A DNA stretch of 64,000 bases, taken from positions 320,001-384,000 of the forward strand of contig CAVVXH010000010.1 of assembly GCA_963752155.1 (NCBI GenBank), written 5' to 3'. The notes below the pieces were generated by a model. The model was not told the DNA's origin, made no database searches, and saw only the letters and a list, made by a program, of their open reading frames with translations. Positions 32,718 to 43,057 of this stretch are shown here, piece after piece (position 1 is the stretch's first letter; each line of letters begins with the position of its first letter). Position numbers and translations under genes: made by a program. The DNA is from an uncultured Parachlamydiaceae bacterium (GTDB lineage Bacteria; Chlamydiota; Chlamydiia; Chlamydiales; Parachlamydiaceae).

Positions 32718-33524
32718 ATGAATCGAGATGAAGAACGGATTCCGGTAGTCCTTAATAATCAAGGACAGAAAATTTTTGGTGTCCTACATCGACCAGCAAA
32801 GCCCTGTGCAGCTAAAAGTCCTGCAGTGCTGATGTGTCATGGTTTAGGTGGAAATAAAGTTGGTAAAGGACGCCTCTATGTATTGCTATCTGAAATGCTT
32901 GCTGCGCGTGGGATTGCCTCTCTAAGAATCGATTTTCGTGGTTCTGGTGATAGCGAAGGTGAGTTTTCAAAAATGACAATTGAGAGCGAAGTAAGCGATG
33001 CGTTAGTGGCATTGGATTTTCTTAAACACGATTCTCAAATTGATAAAGATCGTATTGCCATTTTTGGTCGCTCTTTTGGTGGAGTGGTTGCTATTTTGGC
33101 TTCACATCAGTACTGTGATATTAAAAGTTTGGCTTTGTGGGCTCCCGTTTTTGGGTGTGAACAGTGGAAAGAAAGGTGGGAAAATGCACACTCTGGACCC
33201 ATGGATCCTTTAAAGCGCAATAGTTTGATGAACATCGAAGGATTACAGCCTGGTTATCCTTTTTTTCAACAGCTTTTTACTCTTAAGCTTGGAGATAAGT
33301 TGAAATCTCTTGACGCAATTCCTCTATTACATATTCATGGTGAAAAAGATAGCGTTGTCGATTTATCCCATGCTCGCAAGTTTAAAGAAGCTAGGTGTCA
33401 TGTACTTGAGAAGTCGCAGTTTAGACTTTTGCCTCAGTCTGATCATGATTTCTTGGATCCTACTGAGCGTCAAATAGCTCTATCAGAAACTACAGGATGG
33501 TTTGAAAAAACTCTTTGTCATTGA
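32718..33524 (+). CDS. Alpha/beta hydrolase
   Basis: CHGLGG, DFRGSGDS, GRSFGG nucleophile elbow, HGEKD, DH. Confidence 0.9.
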   Translation: MNRDEERIPVVLNNQGQKIFGVLHRPAKPCAAKSPAVLMCHGLGGNKVGKGRLYVLLSEMLAARGIASLRIDFRGSGDSEGEFSKMTIESEVSDALVALDFLKHDSQIDKDRIAIFGRSFGGVVAILASHQYCDIKSLALWAPVFGCEQWKERWENAHSGPMDPLKRNSLMNIEGLQPGYPFFQQLFTLKLGDKLKSLDAIPLLHIHGEKDSVVDLSHARKFKEARCHVLEKSQFRLLPQSDHDFLDPTERQIALSETTGWFEKTLCH

Positions 33525-33538
33525 TTTTCGGAGGTAGA

Positions 33539-35173
33539 ATGAACCCATTTTCTGAAAGTTCTGAGTTGGATTTTTATCGGCTGAGGTATGTTCCTCCTCT
33601 TCCTGAAATTTTAAAAAATGTAAGGAATTGTGTTGTTAAAATTGAAGAAAAATCTCCATGTGAAGATTCCATAGCTAATCTTTTTCCATTTATTGCCGAT
33701 CTACCGGAAGTCACGATTGAATCGAATGATGGCAATTCGAGAAGCAATTTTAAACCTCTGCGAGTGGGTGTCCTTTTTTCCGGAGGACAAGCTGCTGGAG
33801 GACATAATGTCATTTCAGGCCTTTATGATGCTCTTAAATCTTTAAACTCTGAAAGCGTTCTCATTGGTTTCGTTGGTGGACCAGGAGGTTTAATCAAAGG
33901 ACAGTCGGTGGAAATTTCCCAAGATCTTATCGATAAATATCGTAATCTTGGAGGATTCGATCTTTTAGGATCTGATCGTACAAAATTAGATCCTTCCACC
34001 CAATTAAAAGTATTGGAACATGTACAATCCTTAGATTTAGATGGCCTCGTCATTATAGGTGGGGACGATTCCAATACAAATGCAGCTTATTTAGCAGAGT
34101 TTTTCTTATCCAAGCAGATTCAAACTAAAGTCATTGGAGTGCCGAAAACGATTGATGGTGACTTAAAAAGTGAAGAAATCGAAATTTCTTTTGGTTTTGA
34201 TAGTGCAACTAAGACCTATGCGTCTATCATTGGCAACCTTGCACGAGACGTGCTCTCGGCCAAAAAATATTATTATTTCGTAAAGCTTATGGGGCGTACA
34301 GCCTCTAGCATTGCTTTAGAGTGTGCACTCCAAACCCATCCTAATTATACCCTGATCGGTGAAGAGATCGCTTCAGAGAAAAAATCACTTGAAGATATTG
34401 TGACCGAAATGACAGATCTTATCTGCAAGCGTTCTCAAGAGGGGAAAAATTATGGCCTTATTTTAATCCCTGAAGGGCTTTTAGAGTTTATTGCAGATTG
34501 TAGCCAGTTATTCAAGGAACTTGCTAAAATCGATCCGGCAGCCCTTTCAAGCGGAGCTTTAGACTCCCTTTCTTCTGATTCCAAAAAATGTTTGGAATTA
34601 TTTCCGGAAGCGATCAAGCAGCAGCTTTTTCTAGATCGGGATCCACACGGTAATCTACAGGTGTCAAAAATTGAAACAGAGCGACTTCTGATTGCTATGG
34701 TCACGGATCAATTGAAGAACCGAAAGAATGCAGGGGAATATTCCGGTCAGTTTACCCCTCAGCCTCTTTTTTGTGGTTACGAAGGACGGGCGTGTCATCC
34801 TTCAAATTTCGATGCCAATTATTGTTACGCGCTTGGCCATGTGGCTGCGTTATTAGTACAACATGGTCAAACTGGATATATGGCTGCCGTACAAAAGCTT
34901 GCACATCCAGTGAAAAATTGGCTGCCCGCTGGAGTTCCATTAGCCTCTATGCTGGTATTTGAGAAGCGCAAAGAAGGTACAAGGGCTGTCATTAGAAAAA
35001 CTCTTGTCGATTTGAGTGGAAAACCTTTTGAAACCTTTAAAGAAAAACGGCAGTATTGGGCTTACAGGGATGACTATCGTTATCCGGGCCCTATGCAATT
35101 TTTTGGCCCTTGTGAATTAACTGAACAAATGACGTATACATTGGCTCTGGAGTCAAATATAGTGCTCGTCTAA
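33539..35173 (+). CDS. pfp: Pyrophosphate-dependent phosphofructokinase
   Basis: SGGQAAGGHNVI, IIGGDDSNTNA, PKTIDGDL, LMGR, GYEGR. Confidence 0.95.
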   Translation: MNPFSESSELDFYRLRYVPPLPEILKNVRNCVVKIEEKSPCEDSIANLFPFIADLPEVTIESNDGNSRSNFKPLRVGVLFSGGQAAGGHNVISGLYDALKSLNSESVLIGFVGGPGGLIKGQSVEISQDLIDKYRNLGGFDLLGSDRTKLDPSTQLKVLEHVQSLDLDGLVIIGGDDSNTNAAYLAEFFLSKQIQTKVIGVPKTIDGDLKSEEIEISFGFDSATKTYASIIGNLARDVLSAKKYYYFVKLMGRTASSIALECALQTHPNYTLIGEEIASEKKSLEDIVTEMTDLICKRSQEGKNYGLILIPEGLLEFIADCSQLFKELAKIDPAALSSGALDSLSSDSKKCLELFPEAIKQQLFLDRDPHGNLQVSKIETERLLIAMVTDQLKNRKNAGEYSGQFTPQPLFCGYEGRACHPSNFDANYCYALGHVAALLVQHGQTGYMAAVQKLAHPVKNWLPAGVPLASMLVFEKRKEGTRAVIRKTLVDLSGKPFETFKEKRQYWAYRDDYRYPGPMQFFGPCELTEQMTYTLALESNIVLV

Positions 35174-36319
35174 ATGAAGGGAAGTCTTATGCGTAAAATA
35201 GTTTTGTTTCAAGCATTATTAGCCTTATTTCAATCCAACTTGGTGGCTCAGGTTAGCGTCCCTTATTCGACTTCAACGGTGCAAGGATCCACTATCATTA
35301 CGAATTTTAGTGATCCAAATGCTGCAGGACCTGGATTGCCGATTAGTCCTCTCGATTCCAGGTTAAATGGACCATTGCTTCGCAATACGGATCCCACTTC
35401 GATCACATCGCAAGGACCCTCTGCTTCTTCGCCTTTTACTGCCATTCCCTCTTTTACTACTTTACCTGCAACAACAACTTATTCGAGTACACTTGCTCAG
35501 CCTTATGTAAATCAGGTCGTGCCTACGGGTGTGGGAAATACGTTCGTGCAAAATCCTCAAACTTTGCAGCCTGGGGTCTATAATAATTTTGCAAATCAGG
35601 GGTTTGGTCAGCTCCCCCCTCAGAGTACCTATGTTCCTATTACGACGATTAAACGAGATATCCCTGGAAATCCAGAAGAACCCACTTATTTGTTTCCTGG
35701 ATTGGTACGCTATTCAATTGATAAATGGGTTGGGAGTGATTATCTTTATGACCTTCCATCAAATATAGGAGTGGTTGTGGAAGTCGTGAGCCCCACTGGC
35801 TCTACGCAGAATATCAATACGGCCCTTATTAAACAGAATATAGAGGCTATTTTTTCGTATGCCCGAATCAACCCGGTTACAGAATCATTTCAAGGTCAAC
35901 CTCCTTTGCCTTTTTTTCACCTTTTGATTTTTGCAGTTCCTGTTGAAAATAGCTACGTTTTTAGTATATCGGGAAGGCTTTTTGAAGCTGTTCGCCTAGC
36001 AAGATTAAATCTGAGGCTTCCGGGAACTTGGCAGGCGATTACTTGGGAAAAACAAGAGCTTATTGTAGCTTCGAAGACGTTATTTTTTGAACAGCTATTG
36101 GCTACTTCAAAAGAGATTGCTGAATTTTTTACGCAGCGTGTGACTTACTTTAAAAAGCAGAGAATGGAATTAGAAGAACAGCTTAGATTGAGATGTGGTC
36201 CACGTGTGATAAATGATCCGTTTGCTCCGAAGAAGATGACAGAGGCTGAGGCAAAGAAATATGATCAGGAGAGTAATTATGATCAGAAGTGTGGGTGGAG
36301 CTGCGGGAGCTGTAGATAA
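35174..36319 (+). CDS. Exported hypothetical protein with P/S/T-rich linker
   Basis: Signal-like N-terminus, low-complexity linker, globular C-terminal half, terminal CGWSCGSCR. Confidence 0.7.
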   Translation: MKGSLMRKIVLFQALLALFQSNLVAQVSVPYSTSTVQGSTIITNFSDPNAAGPGLPISPLDSRLNGPLLRNTDPTSITSQGPSASSPFTAIPSFTTLPATTTYSSTLAQPYVNQVVPTGVGNTFVQNPQTLQPGVYNNFANQGFGQLPPQSTYVPITTIKRDIPGNPEEPTYLFPGLVRYSIDKWVGSDYLYDLPSNIGVVVEVVSPTGSTQNINTALIKQNIEAIFSYARINPVTESFQGQPPLPFFHLLIFAVPVENSYVFSISGRLFEAVRLARLNLRLPGTWQAITWEKQELIVASKTLFFEQLLATSKEIAEFFTQRVTYFKKQRMELEEQLRLRCGPRVINDPFAPKKMTEAEAKKYDQESNYDQKCGWSCGSCR

Positions 36320-36320
36320 A

Positions 36321-36397
36321 GTGAAAGCTACTATTGGCATGACTACAATTTAACAACTAAATACGTTTTGGAGTGCGTGTGGCTTTGCCACCGCGCG
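36321..36397. repeat. Family C REP-like arm (left of the effector gene)
   Basis: CTATTGGC..CAATTTAACAACTAAATAC.TTTTGGAGTGCGTGTGGCTTTGCCACCG; its reverse complement occurs at 38831-38893. Confidence 0.8.
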
Positions 36398-36579
36398 TTA
36401 TTATTGAACCAAATCTCTATACGATGCCCATCTATGATTTATACCAGAAATTATAAGATTTAATTGTCTTGGCTAAAAAGAATGCAATTATTCTCTTTTA
36501 TTCTTTTTTTATTGCATTACCATACATTAACTGATAACATTTAGCTGTAATTAGCAAAAAAATTATCAAGAGGTGTTTC

Positions 36580-38760
36580 ATGATTCGGCCTTATAGTGCA
36601 ATTCAAGATCAACAAACTAATTCAGGTCCACCCATTAAGCGTCAGCGGACTGTCGCTCCTGAGTCTTTGGGTGATTACCCTTCCGATTTTTATGAAATAT
36701 TAATGAATTTTATTAGTGCAAAGTGTTGGGAAATTCAAGAACACAATTTGTCTCTTTTCCAATTATTTGAGAATTATAAATTTACAGTAATAAAGGGTAT
36801 AAAAATTGAGGATAGAAGAAAATTAATTTCAGGAATAAATGATAGGTTATTAAAATTTGTTATCTCACTTTATTCAATGAAACCTGATCAAATTCCGATG
36901 TTCGTTGAGAGATTAGAGGGACAACTTTTTCCAACAAAATGGGAATCAGTTTATCAAGAAGATTTATTAGAAACGATAAAATTGATTTTTATAAAATGGT
37001 TTAGAGCAATAAAATCAGAGTTTCCAGCTGAAATTCCCAATCGATGGTTTGACGTCTCAAAGGAAATGATAAGTTTCGAGGAGATGATAAACCAGGATTC
37101 AGATACATCTACACTCGAAAAAAGGCAACAGTATTCACATACGTCTACGACTGAAAAAATGAAACTTTATTCAGATACATCTGTAGCAATAGCTTTTCTT
37201 CAAAGTTTTTCTTCAATGAAAATTGGATTACATCACATTTCAAATAGTGACAAACCTGATTTTTGGGTAAAACTTTATAATGAATATTTAATTAAAGAAA
37301 TAGTAAAATTAGGAGTTAAAATTCTATTTCAATTTCAGAAAGATGTTTCATCACAAACAAAACTTAATTCTTGGATTTATGAAAATACAACAGGTTGCGG
37401 ATTGGATGATTATACCGGAGCTTTTCTTATTTTTAACGATTTTTTTCTAGCATTTGAAGACTTCCTTGTAGACCCAGAAGTTTATAAGCATATCACTAAA
37501 GTATTAGGCAGAATTTTTGCACAAAATAAAAAGGATTTGGTTATCAAGGATGAACATCTAGAAAAGTGTGGAAAAAATTATCTTGTAAGTCTTAATGCCC
37601 AATCACTCATTCGTTTAAATGCAAGACGGATAATTGATGTAAATAAGGTTAGTCTAGACGATTATCCAAAGGAAATTATTAAAATATTTTATTTATCAAT
37701 AGATGAAAAATCTTTTATTGCATTGAAGCGTGTTTCGAAAACCCTATATAAGGTATCTGATTTAGCAATTGTTGATTACTTAAATCAAAATGCAAGTTTA
37801 AGAGATCTTAGGATATCAATTGAGAAATTAATTGTTAAACTGGATAATATGTCAGAACAGAATGGTGAAGAGTTAAATAAAAAAGTTTATTCATTGAACT
37901 TTTGTGGTTACACAAGTGATGATTTTCATGATATAGCTCGAATTAAAAGTATAGGCATTACTTTTTTCAGGAAAATTAATAAGGAGTTTCCTAATCTTAT
38001 AAATTTATCTTTTCAAGATACAAATTTAAAGGCATTGTCATTCTTAGATTTTAAAAATCTTAGGAATTTAAACTTAGAACGATGTGATAAAATTTCAGTT
38101 GATAAAATAAAATTTAATTTTAAAAATGGAATAATTACTTATCCTTCTGGACAGGTATATGAGGGTGACTTTGTGAATAATATTCCTGAAGGTAAAGGAA
38201 TTCTCAGGGATAGGCTAAAGGGTGGCTTACCAAGAATGCCCTTTTTAAATGTTGGTCCTTTCTTTCACCTACCAGAATATCAGTATGAAGGATTTTTTAA
38301 AGAGGGGAAACTACATGGATTTTCTAAATTTTCAATAAACAATAACATTATTCAAGGGGAATTCAATATGGGAGAGCCCCCTTCAAATGGGTCAATCATT
38401 TTCAACAATGGACAACTATATGAGGGAAACTTGAATAATTTGCGGCCTGAAGGTTTGGGAATCTTGACTTGTGCTAATGGTGACATATATAAAGGCACAT
38501 TTTCTAACGGATTACCTTCATATGGAGTTTTAACGTCTTTGAGTGGTTGGAGATTGGAAGGCGCTGTAACTTACTTTTGTTTTATGTGTCGATTGGATGT
38601 AGTTTTAAATGGAAGCATAGAATTTCAAGGTATGAGACATGAAGGCTCTTTTAGCTTAAAATTAGATCAAAAAAGATATTACTTAGAATGTGTAGAGACA
38701 AAATACAAATTTTATGAATTCCCTACCCATTCTTTTGAAGTTTATCTCCCAGAAAATTAA
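36580..38760 (+). CDS. Putative effector: NLS-like motif, F-box, short LRR-like segment and MORN repeats
   Basis: PPIKRQR; SLDDYPKEIIKIFYLSIDEKSFIALKRVSKTLY (F-box-like); PNLINLSF/NLRNLNL; repeated YEGxFxxxxxxGxG; AT-rich. Confidence 0.8.
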   Translation: MIRPYSAIQDQQTNSGPPIKRQRTVAPESLGDYPSDFYEILMNFISAKCWEIQEHNLSLFQLFENYKFTVIKGIKIEDRRKLISGINDRLLKFVISLYSMKPDQIPMFVERLEGQLFPTKWESVYQEDLLETIKLIFIKWFRAIKSEFPAEIPNRWFDVSKEMISFEEMINQDSDTSTLEKRQQYSHTSTTEKMKLYSDTSVAIAFLQSFSSMKIGLHHISNSDKPDFWVKLYNEYLIKEIVKLGVKILFQFQKDVSSQTKLNSWIYENTTGCGLDDYTGAFLIFNDFFLAFEDFLVDPEVYKHITKVLGRIFAQNKKDLVIKDEHLEKCGKNYLVSLNAQSLIRLNARRIIDVNKVSLDDYPKEIIKIFYLSIDEKSFIALKRVSKTLYKVSDLAIVDYLNQNASLRDLRISIEKLIVKLDNMSEQNGEELNKKVYSLNFCGYTSDDFHDIARIKSIGITFFRKINKEFPNLINLSFQDTNLKALSFLDFKNLRNLNLERCDKISVDKIKFNFKNGIITYPSGQVYEGDFVNNIPEGKGILRDRLKGGLPRMPFLNVGPFFHLPEYQYEGFFKEGKLHGFSKFSINNNIIQGEFNMGEPPSNGSIIFNNGQLYEGNLNNLRPEGLGILTCANGDIYKGTFSNGLPSYGVLTSLSGWRLEGAVTYFCFMCRLDVVLNGSIEFQGMRHEGSFSLKLDQKRYYLECVETKYKFYEFPTHSFEVYLPEN

Positions 38761-38770
38761 GTAATTAGAC

Positions 38771-38895
38771 GTGAAAGCTAATATTGGCATTACCTCAAGT
38801 TAATAACTAAATATTAAAGACTCTCTCGCACGGTGGCAAAGCCACACGCATTCCAAAAAGTATTTAGTTGTTAAATTGAAATAGCGCCAATAGTT
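38771..38895. repeat. Family C element (right of the effector gene)
   Basis: 38771-38813 is a direct copy of 36321-36363; 38831-38893 is an inverted copy of 36331-36393. Confidence 0.8.
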
Positions 38896-38904
38896 GAGAA
38901 CCCT

Positions 38905-39216
38905 TCAAAACAATCCAGGAGGTAATCCTTGACCAAAACCTGCAGGGAACATTGGTTTAGTTAGAGCCTCTAGTTTAGTCGAAGCATCTTTGTAAGCTGC
39001 CTTAATTAAATCTTCAAGCCCTTCGATATCCTCTGGGTCAACACATTCCGGTTTTATTTTTATTTGTTTAATTTCTGACGACGTTAAGGTTATTGTGACA
39101 AGTCCATTGCCTGCTGTTCCTGTTGCTTCAGCACTTTCAATTTTACTTTGCATTTGCATGAGCTGTTCTTGCATTTCACGCGCTTGTTTCTTTTTTTTTG
39201 AAAAACCTGTTCCCAT
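38905..39216 (-). CDS. ybaB: YbaB/EbfC nucleoid-associated protein
   Basis: MGTGFSKKKKQA..MQ, G.AGNGLVT, IKPECVDPEDIEGLEDLI; directly downstream of dnaX. Confidence 0.93.
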   Translation of the reverse strand: MGTGFSKKKKQAREMQEQLMQMQSKIESAEATGTAGNGLVTITLTSSEIKQIKIKPECVDPEDIEGLEDLIKAAYKDASTKLEALTKPMFPAGFGQGLPPGLF

Positions 39217-39217
39217 G

Positions 39218-40747
39218 TTAATGTCCTTTGCTTGTTGTTTTTTGCAATGAGCCTTCAAGCTCTACGGCAGCAAAATGCAAAATCGTATCATATCGACTTT
39301 GTCTTTTGATGGCCAAATTCTGAGCTTCAGGAGTTGGATGCGCTACGTGTTCAATCGGAGGAGGTGCTGGTAGAGCCACTTTGTCTGCCAGTTCTGCTGG
39401 TGTTGTCTTTTCTATTTCCAGTGATTCATTTTGTTTTTGAGGTTCGGTGTGCACTGATTTTGTTTTGAGACCCAAATCGCTTCTTGAAGGCGATGGATCA
39501 ATTGTGATTGAAATGTCAACTTCTGAATGAAGTTGACGTGGGGGTTCTGGCTGAAGTAGGGGCATCATCGAAACATTTGGTTTTTTTTCTACAGCCTGTA
39601 CAGACTGCTTCAGCTCGTGAAGCTGACGTATCAAGAAGTCGACAGGAACACGCTGTTGAATGCGTAAAATGCGTAGAAGTAAAGCTTCTAGTGCAATACG
39701 GCCAGATGGCATAAAGCGAATTTTATCGAGAGTTTCGATCAAGTAATCTAAGATCGTCAGACATTGTTCTTGCGTGTAAAGCTTGCTTGATTGAGCATAT
39801 TTTTCCAGCTCTGATGTCGATAGGGAGAAAAACGGAGCATTTTGATCTGCAATTTTAATCAATAAAAGGGTGCGAAAATGTTCTGTCAGAGACTCGACAA
39901 AATGGAGTAAGTCTTTGCCTTGAGAAAAGACCTGATGAGCAATTTCAAAAGCGATGGCTAAATTTTTATCTTTGACGGCTTGATCCAACGTAAAGAAAAG
40001 GTCGCGAGGGACGATGCCAAGGATATTTGCTACAGACTCTGTTGTTATGCTTCCTTCATGAAAAGCCAGGATTTGATCTAAGAGGGATTCTGCATCGCGC
40101 ATTCCTCCTTCAGCTCTTTTAGCTATCGTGTAGAGAGCATCTTCGGTAATTTCAACTTTTTGTTGATCAGCGATAAAGTGAAGTTTTTTGAAGATTTTTT
40201 CGATCGGAATGCGATTTAGATTAAAACGTTGGCATCGACTTAAAATTGTCGTTGGAATTTTATGGGGTTCTGTTGTGGCAAAGAAAAATTTTACACGTTC
40301 AGGAGGTTCTTCTAGAGTTTTGAGTAGGGCGTTGAAGGCTTCTTTGGTTAACATGTGGACTTCGTCGATGATGTAAATCTTGTAACCACCGGTAGCGGAA
40401 GAATAGCCTACAGTTTCATTAATTTGCCGGATATCGTCGATTCCTCGGTGAGAGGCCCCATCGATTTCGAGGACATCTAAGGAGGAGCCGGAGGTGATTT
40501 CTTTACAGGATGCACATTGGTTGCAGGGTTCTAGATCTTGACGTTTTGTTTGGCAATTTAAAGCCTTAGCAAATACGCGAGCCAGGGTTGTTTTTCCGGT
40601 TCCTCTAGATCCGCAAAAAAGATAGGCGTGTGCTAATCGACGGTGCTGAATAGCATTTTTTAGAGTTGTGACGATGGCTTCTTGGCCAAAAACTTCAGCA
40701 AAAGTTTGCGGTCTATAGCGACGAGCAAGTACTTGATATTCAGCCAT
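39218..40747 (-). CDS. dnaX: DNA polymerase III subunit gamma/tau
   Basis: YQVLARRYRPQTF, GSRGTGKT, zinc-site cysteines, IIDEVHML, SRC. Confidence 0.97.
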   Translation of the reverse strand: MAEYQVLARRYRPQTFAEVFGQEAIVTTLKNAIQHRRLAHAYLFCGSRGTGKTTLARVFAKALNCQTKRQDLEPCNQCASCKEITSGSSLDVLEIDGASHRGIDDIRQINETVGYSSATGGYKIYIIDEVHMLTKEAFNALLKTLEEPPERVKFFFATTEPHKIPTTILSRCQRFNLNRIPIEKIFKKLHFIADQQKVEITEDALYTIAKRAEGGMRDAESLLDQILAFHEGSITTESVANILGIVPRDLFFTLDQAVKDKNLAIAFEIAHQVFSQGKDLLHFVESLTEHFRTLLLIKIADQNAPFFSLSTSELEKYAQSSKLYTQEQCLTILDYLIETLDKIRFMPSGRIALEALLLRILRIQQRVPVDFLIRQLHELKQSVQAVEKKPNVSMMPLLQPEPPRQLHSEVDISITIDPSPSRSDLGLKTKSVHTEPQKQNESLEIEKTTPAELADKVALPAPPPIEHVAHPTPEAQNLAIKRQSRYDTILHFAAVELEGSLQKTTSKGH

Positions 40748-40819
40748 AGGTTCCTTGTATGATGATCTCGCGGTCTTTTTAAGTGTATCTTTCTTTGTTG
40801 TAAAATTCAAGAGAAAACA

Positions 40820-40930
40820 AGGCCGGCGGGCAAGGACAACAAGGACAGCAAGGACAACACCAATAGACGTCAACAATGTGTAGGTAATTATTGTTTATCG
40901 TCTTTGTTATCCTTGCCTTGTCGTCCTTTC
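40820..40930. repeat. Short degenerate head-to-head nonamer array
   Basis: AAGGACAAC AAGGACAGC AAGGACAAC followed by inverted units (ATCGTCTTT, ATCCTTGCC, GTCGTCCTT). Confidence 0.6.
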
Positions 40931-40941
40931 AAATATTAATT

Positions 40942-42753
40942 TTATTTACCCATTAATTTCCTATATTCCATTACGATTTCTTCTTTAATGTTATATGCAC
41001 CGTCCTCTTCAATAGCATTTTTTAATGAATCGAAATCAAGAAATACCCCTTCATCAGCATGATGCATGTATTTTTGTTGAATACCTAGTAAAAGATCCTC
41101 TAAATCTTTACCATAATTGTGATTAGTCATCATATTAACAATGGCATCATATTCATTTTCTATGGATTCTCGTTCTATTATTTTATTCATTTCAAAGTTA
41201 TCAAATTCATCCAAAAAGGCTGGAATTTGGTTCGGTTGCATTTTTTTTATATCATCCATCTTGTATTGTTTTAAAAATAAATCCTTGTTTACATCTCCAT
41301 ATCTAGCATTATTTACGAAATCTTTTAGTTTAGTCTCATAATAGGCTGTATAGTTATCTTTAAATTTCTTAAAGTCTAACATGAAATCACCCATTTTTTC
41401 TGATCTAACATGATTCTGGATTTTAAATTCAGAAACTGTGTCGACTTTTGTTATTGCATCTTGGATCAATTCACTTTTTTCTTCTATCAGTTGCTCTAAA
41501 AACATCTGTTCGATAGATTTTAAATTTGGATTGACTCTAATAGCATTATTGAAATCTTCATTAAATTGTGTTTCCAGATTTTCGATTCTGTTTCTTTCTT
41601 CCATTGCGAATTCTTCATTATTTTTTCTTATGTTATCTTGTTTGATGGCTTTGAATTCATTAAACCCATCAATAAATGATTCGAATTCTTTTAAAATTTT
41701 TTGTTGTTCTTCAGTGTTTTTTCCGTAAAACTGATTTTTAAAGATGTTTACGAAGGTTTGTTCGTTTCGATCAGATTTAAATATATTGAGATATAGCTCT
41801 TTAAAATTTTCTCCATTATGGATTTGATTCCTAGTAACATAGTTGTTAAGATCATCGTGATCATTGATATCATTTGGATCCATATCTTTGATTATTTTTG
41901 GATGTAAGTCTGTAATTGCTTTTTCAAGGTCCGCTATTGCTTTTTTCTCCGTATCACTTATTTCTACTTCTGTCTGTTCAGTATAATCGAGATTTAAATT
42001 AGCGAGTTCTTCAGCTTTGGTTTTGATCTGTTCAAAAACTTTTTCGATATTTTTTCCTATATTCTCAGGAGGAGTTTCGGGTTGAAAATCAAGATTTTCT
42101 TCATTTGGAGTTTGAATTGGGGGATGAATGTTTTCCTCTTCAGAGGCCACTTCATGAGTAAGATTTTCAACGAATTGAGTCATTCTTTTGTTTTCTGTCG
42201 TATTTGCAGTGTCGGTAGGTAGTTTGATTTCTTGAGTTTTAGGTTTGATTTCTTGAATTTTATTATCTATTTTCGATATCAACTTATCGATTTTAACTAT
42301 TTTAGCATCTGAATCGGTTATTCCTTTAGCAGAGTTGAGTTTAGCTCTGAAATTATCTAACTTATTTATATCAGTAGATTTATTGATTTCTTTATTGATT
42401 GTTTGGCTAAGAGTGTATGAATTAGTAATAAACAATATACATTTTTTGAAAAAAGAAGATTTGGTATTTAAAATATCTCGAACTGTAATTTTTCCAAGTT
42501 CAGAATTTTTTAAATCTTTTTTCTCAGCTCGCGGCATGCTCTTTACAATTGTTTGTGCAACTGTTAATGAACCAATTTTAGACTCGATATTTGATGTTTT
42601 TGGTGTATGCTTTGAGTATGTGTTTTCATTTGTAATGTCTTTGTTAGCTTTGTTATCAAGATCTTTTTGTAAATTTTCGCTGCTTTTATTATGAGATGCG
42701 TATATTGATGAAGAAGGGATGAGATTTCTGGAAAACTTTAATGTTTCACTCAT
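40942..42753 (-). CDS. AT-rich acidic helical hypothetical protein (possible effector)
   Basis: 603-aa ORF with GGAGG Shine-Dalgarno and an S/N/K-rich N-terminus; no recognised domain. Confidence 0.7.
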   Translation of the reverse strand: MSETLKFSRNLIPSSSIYASHNKSSENLQKDLDNKANKDITNENTYSKHTPKTSNIESKIGSLTVAQTIVKSMPRAEKKDLKNSELGKITVRDILNTKSSFFKKCILFITNSYTLSQTINKEINKSTDINKLDNFRAKLNSAKGITDSDAKIVKIDKLISKIDNKIQEIKPKTQEIKLPTDTANTTENKRMTQFVENLTHEVASEEENIHPPIQTPNEENLDFQPETPPENIGKNIEKVFEQIKTKAEELANLNLDYTEQTEVEISDTEKKAIADLEKAITDLHPKIIKDMDPNDINDHDDLNNYVTRNQIHNGENFKELYLNIFKSDRNEQTFVNIFKNQFYGKNTEEQQKILKEFESFIDGFNEFKAIKQDNIRKNNEEFAMEERNRIENLETQFNEDFNNAIRVNPNLKSIEQMFLEQLIEEKSELIQDAITKVDTVSEFKIQNHVRSEKMGDFMLDFKKFKDNYTAYYETKLKDFVNNARYGDVNKDLFLKQYKMDDIKKMQPNQIPAFLDEFDNFEMNKIIERESIENEYDAIVNMMTNHNYGKDLEDLLLGIQQKYMHHADEGVFLDFDSLKNAIEEDGAYNIKEEIVMEYRKLMGK

Positions 42754-43057
42754 ACGACACCTCCATTCGAAAAAGAAATATGTTTTATTTTTATTATATC
42801 ATGTTTTATTTATTTATTAGCGTTTTTTTAACAATTTTTATTAATCATCTTCATAATGGGAAAAGAAAGGGAATGAAATTGCTAAAATAGAACCTGCAAT
42901 TGAATTTTGTTTAAGATTTATTGCACTTGAGCATCTTGAACAGGAAGTTCTGAGAGCCTCAAAAAATGTTCTTAGAGAAACATTTTTTAACCAACCTTAA
43001 GGAAAAGCAAAAAGATAAATATTTTACACCTCCTTCTATAGAAGTAAACTAAATCGC

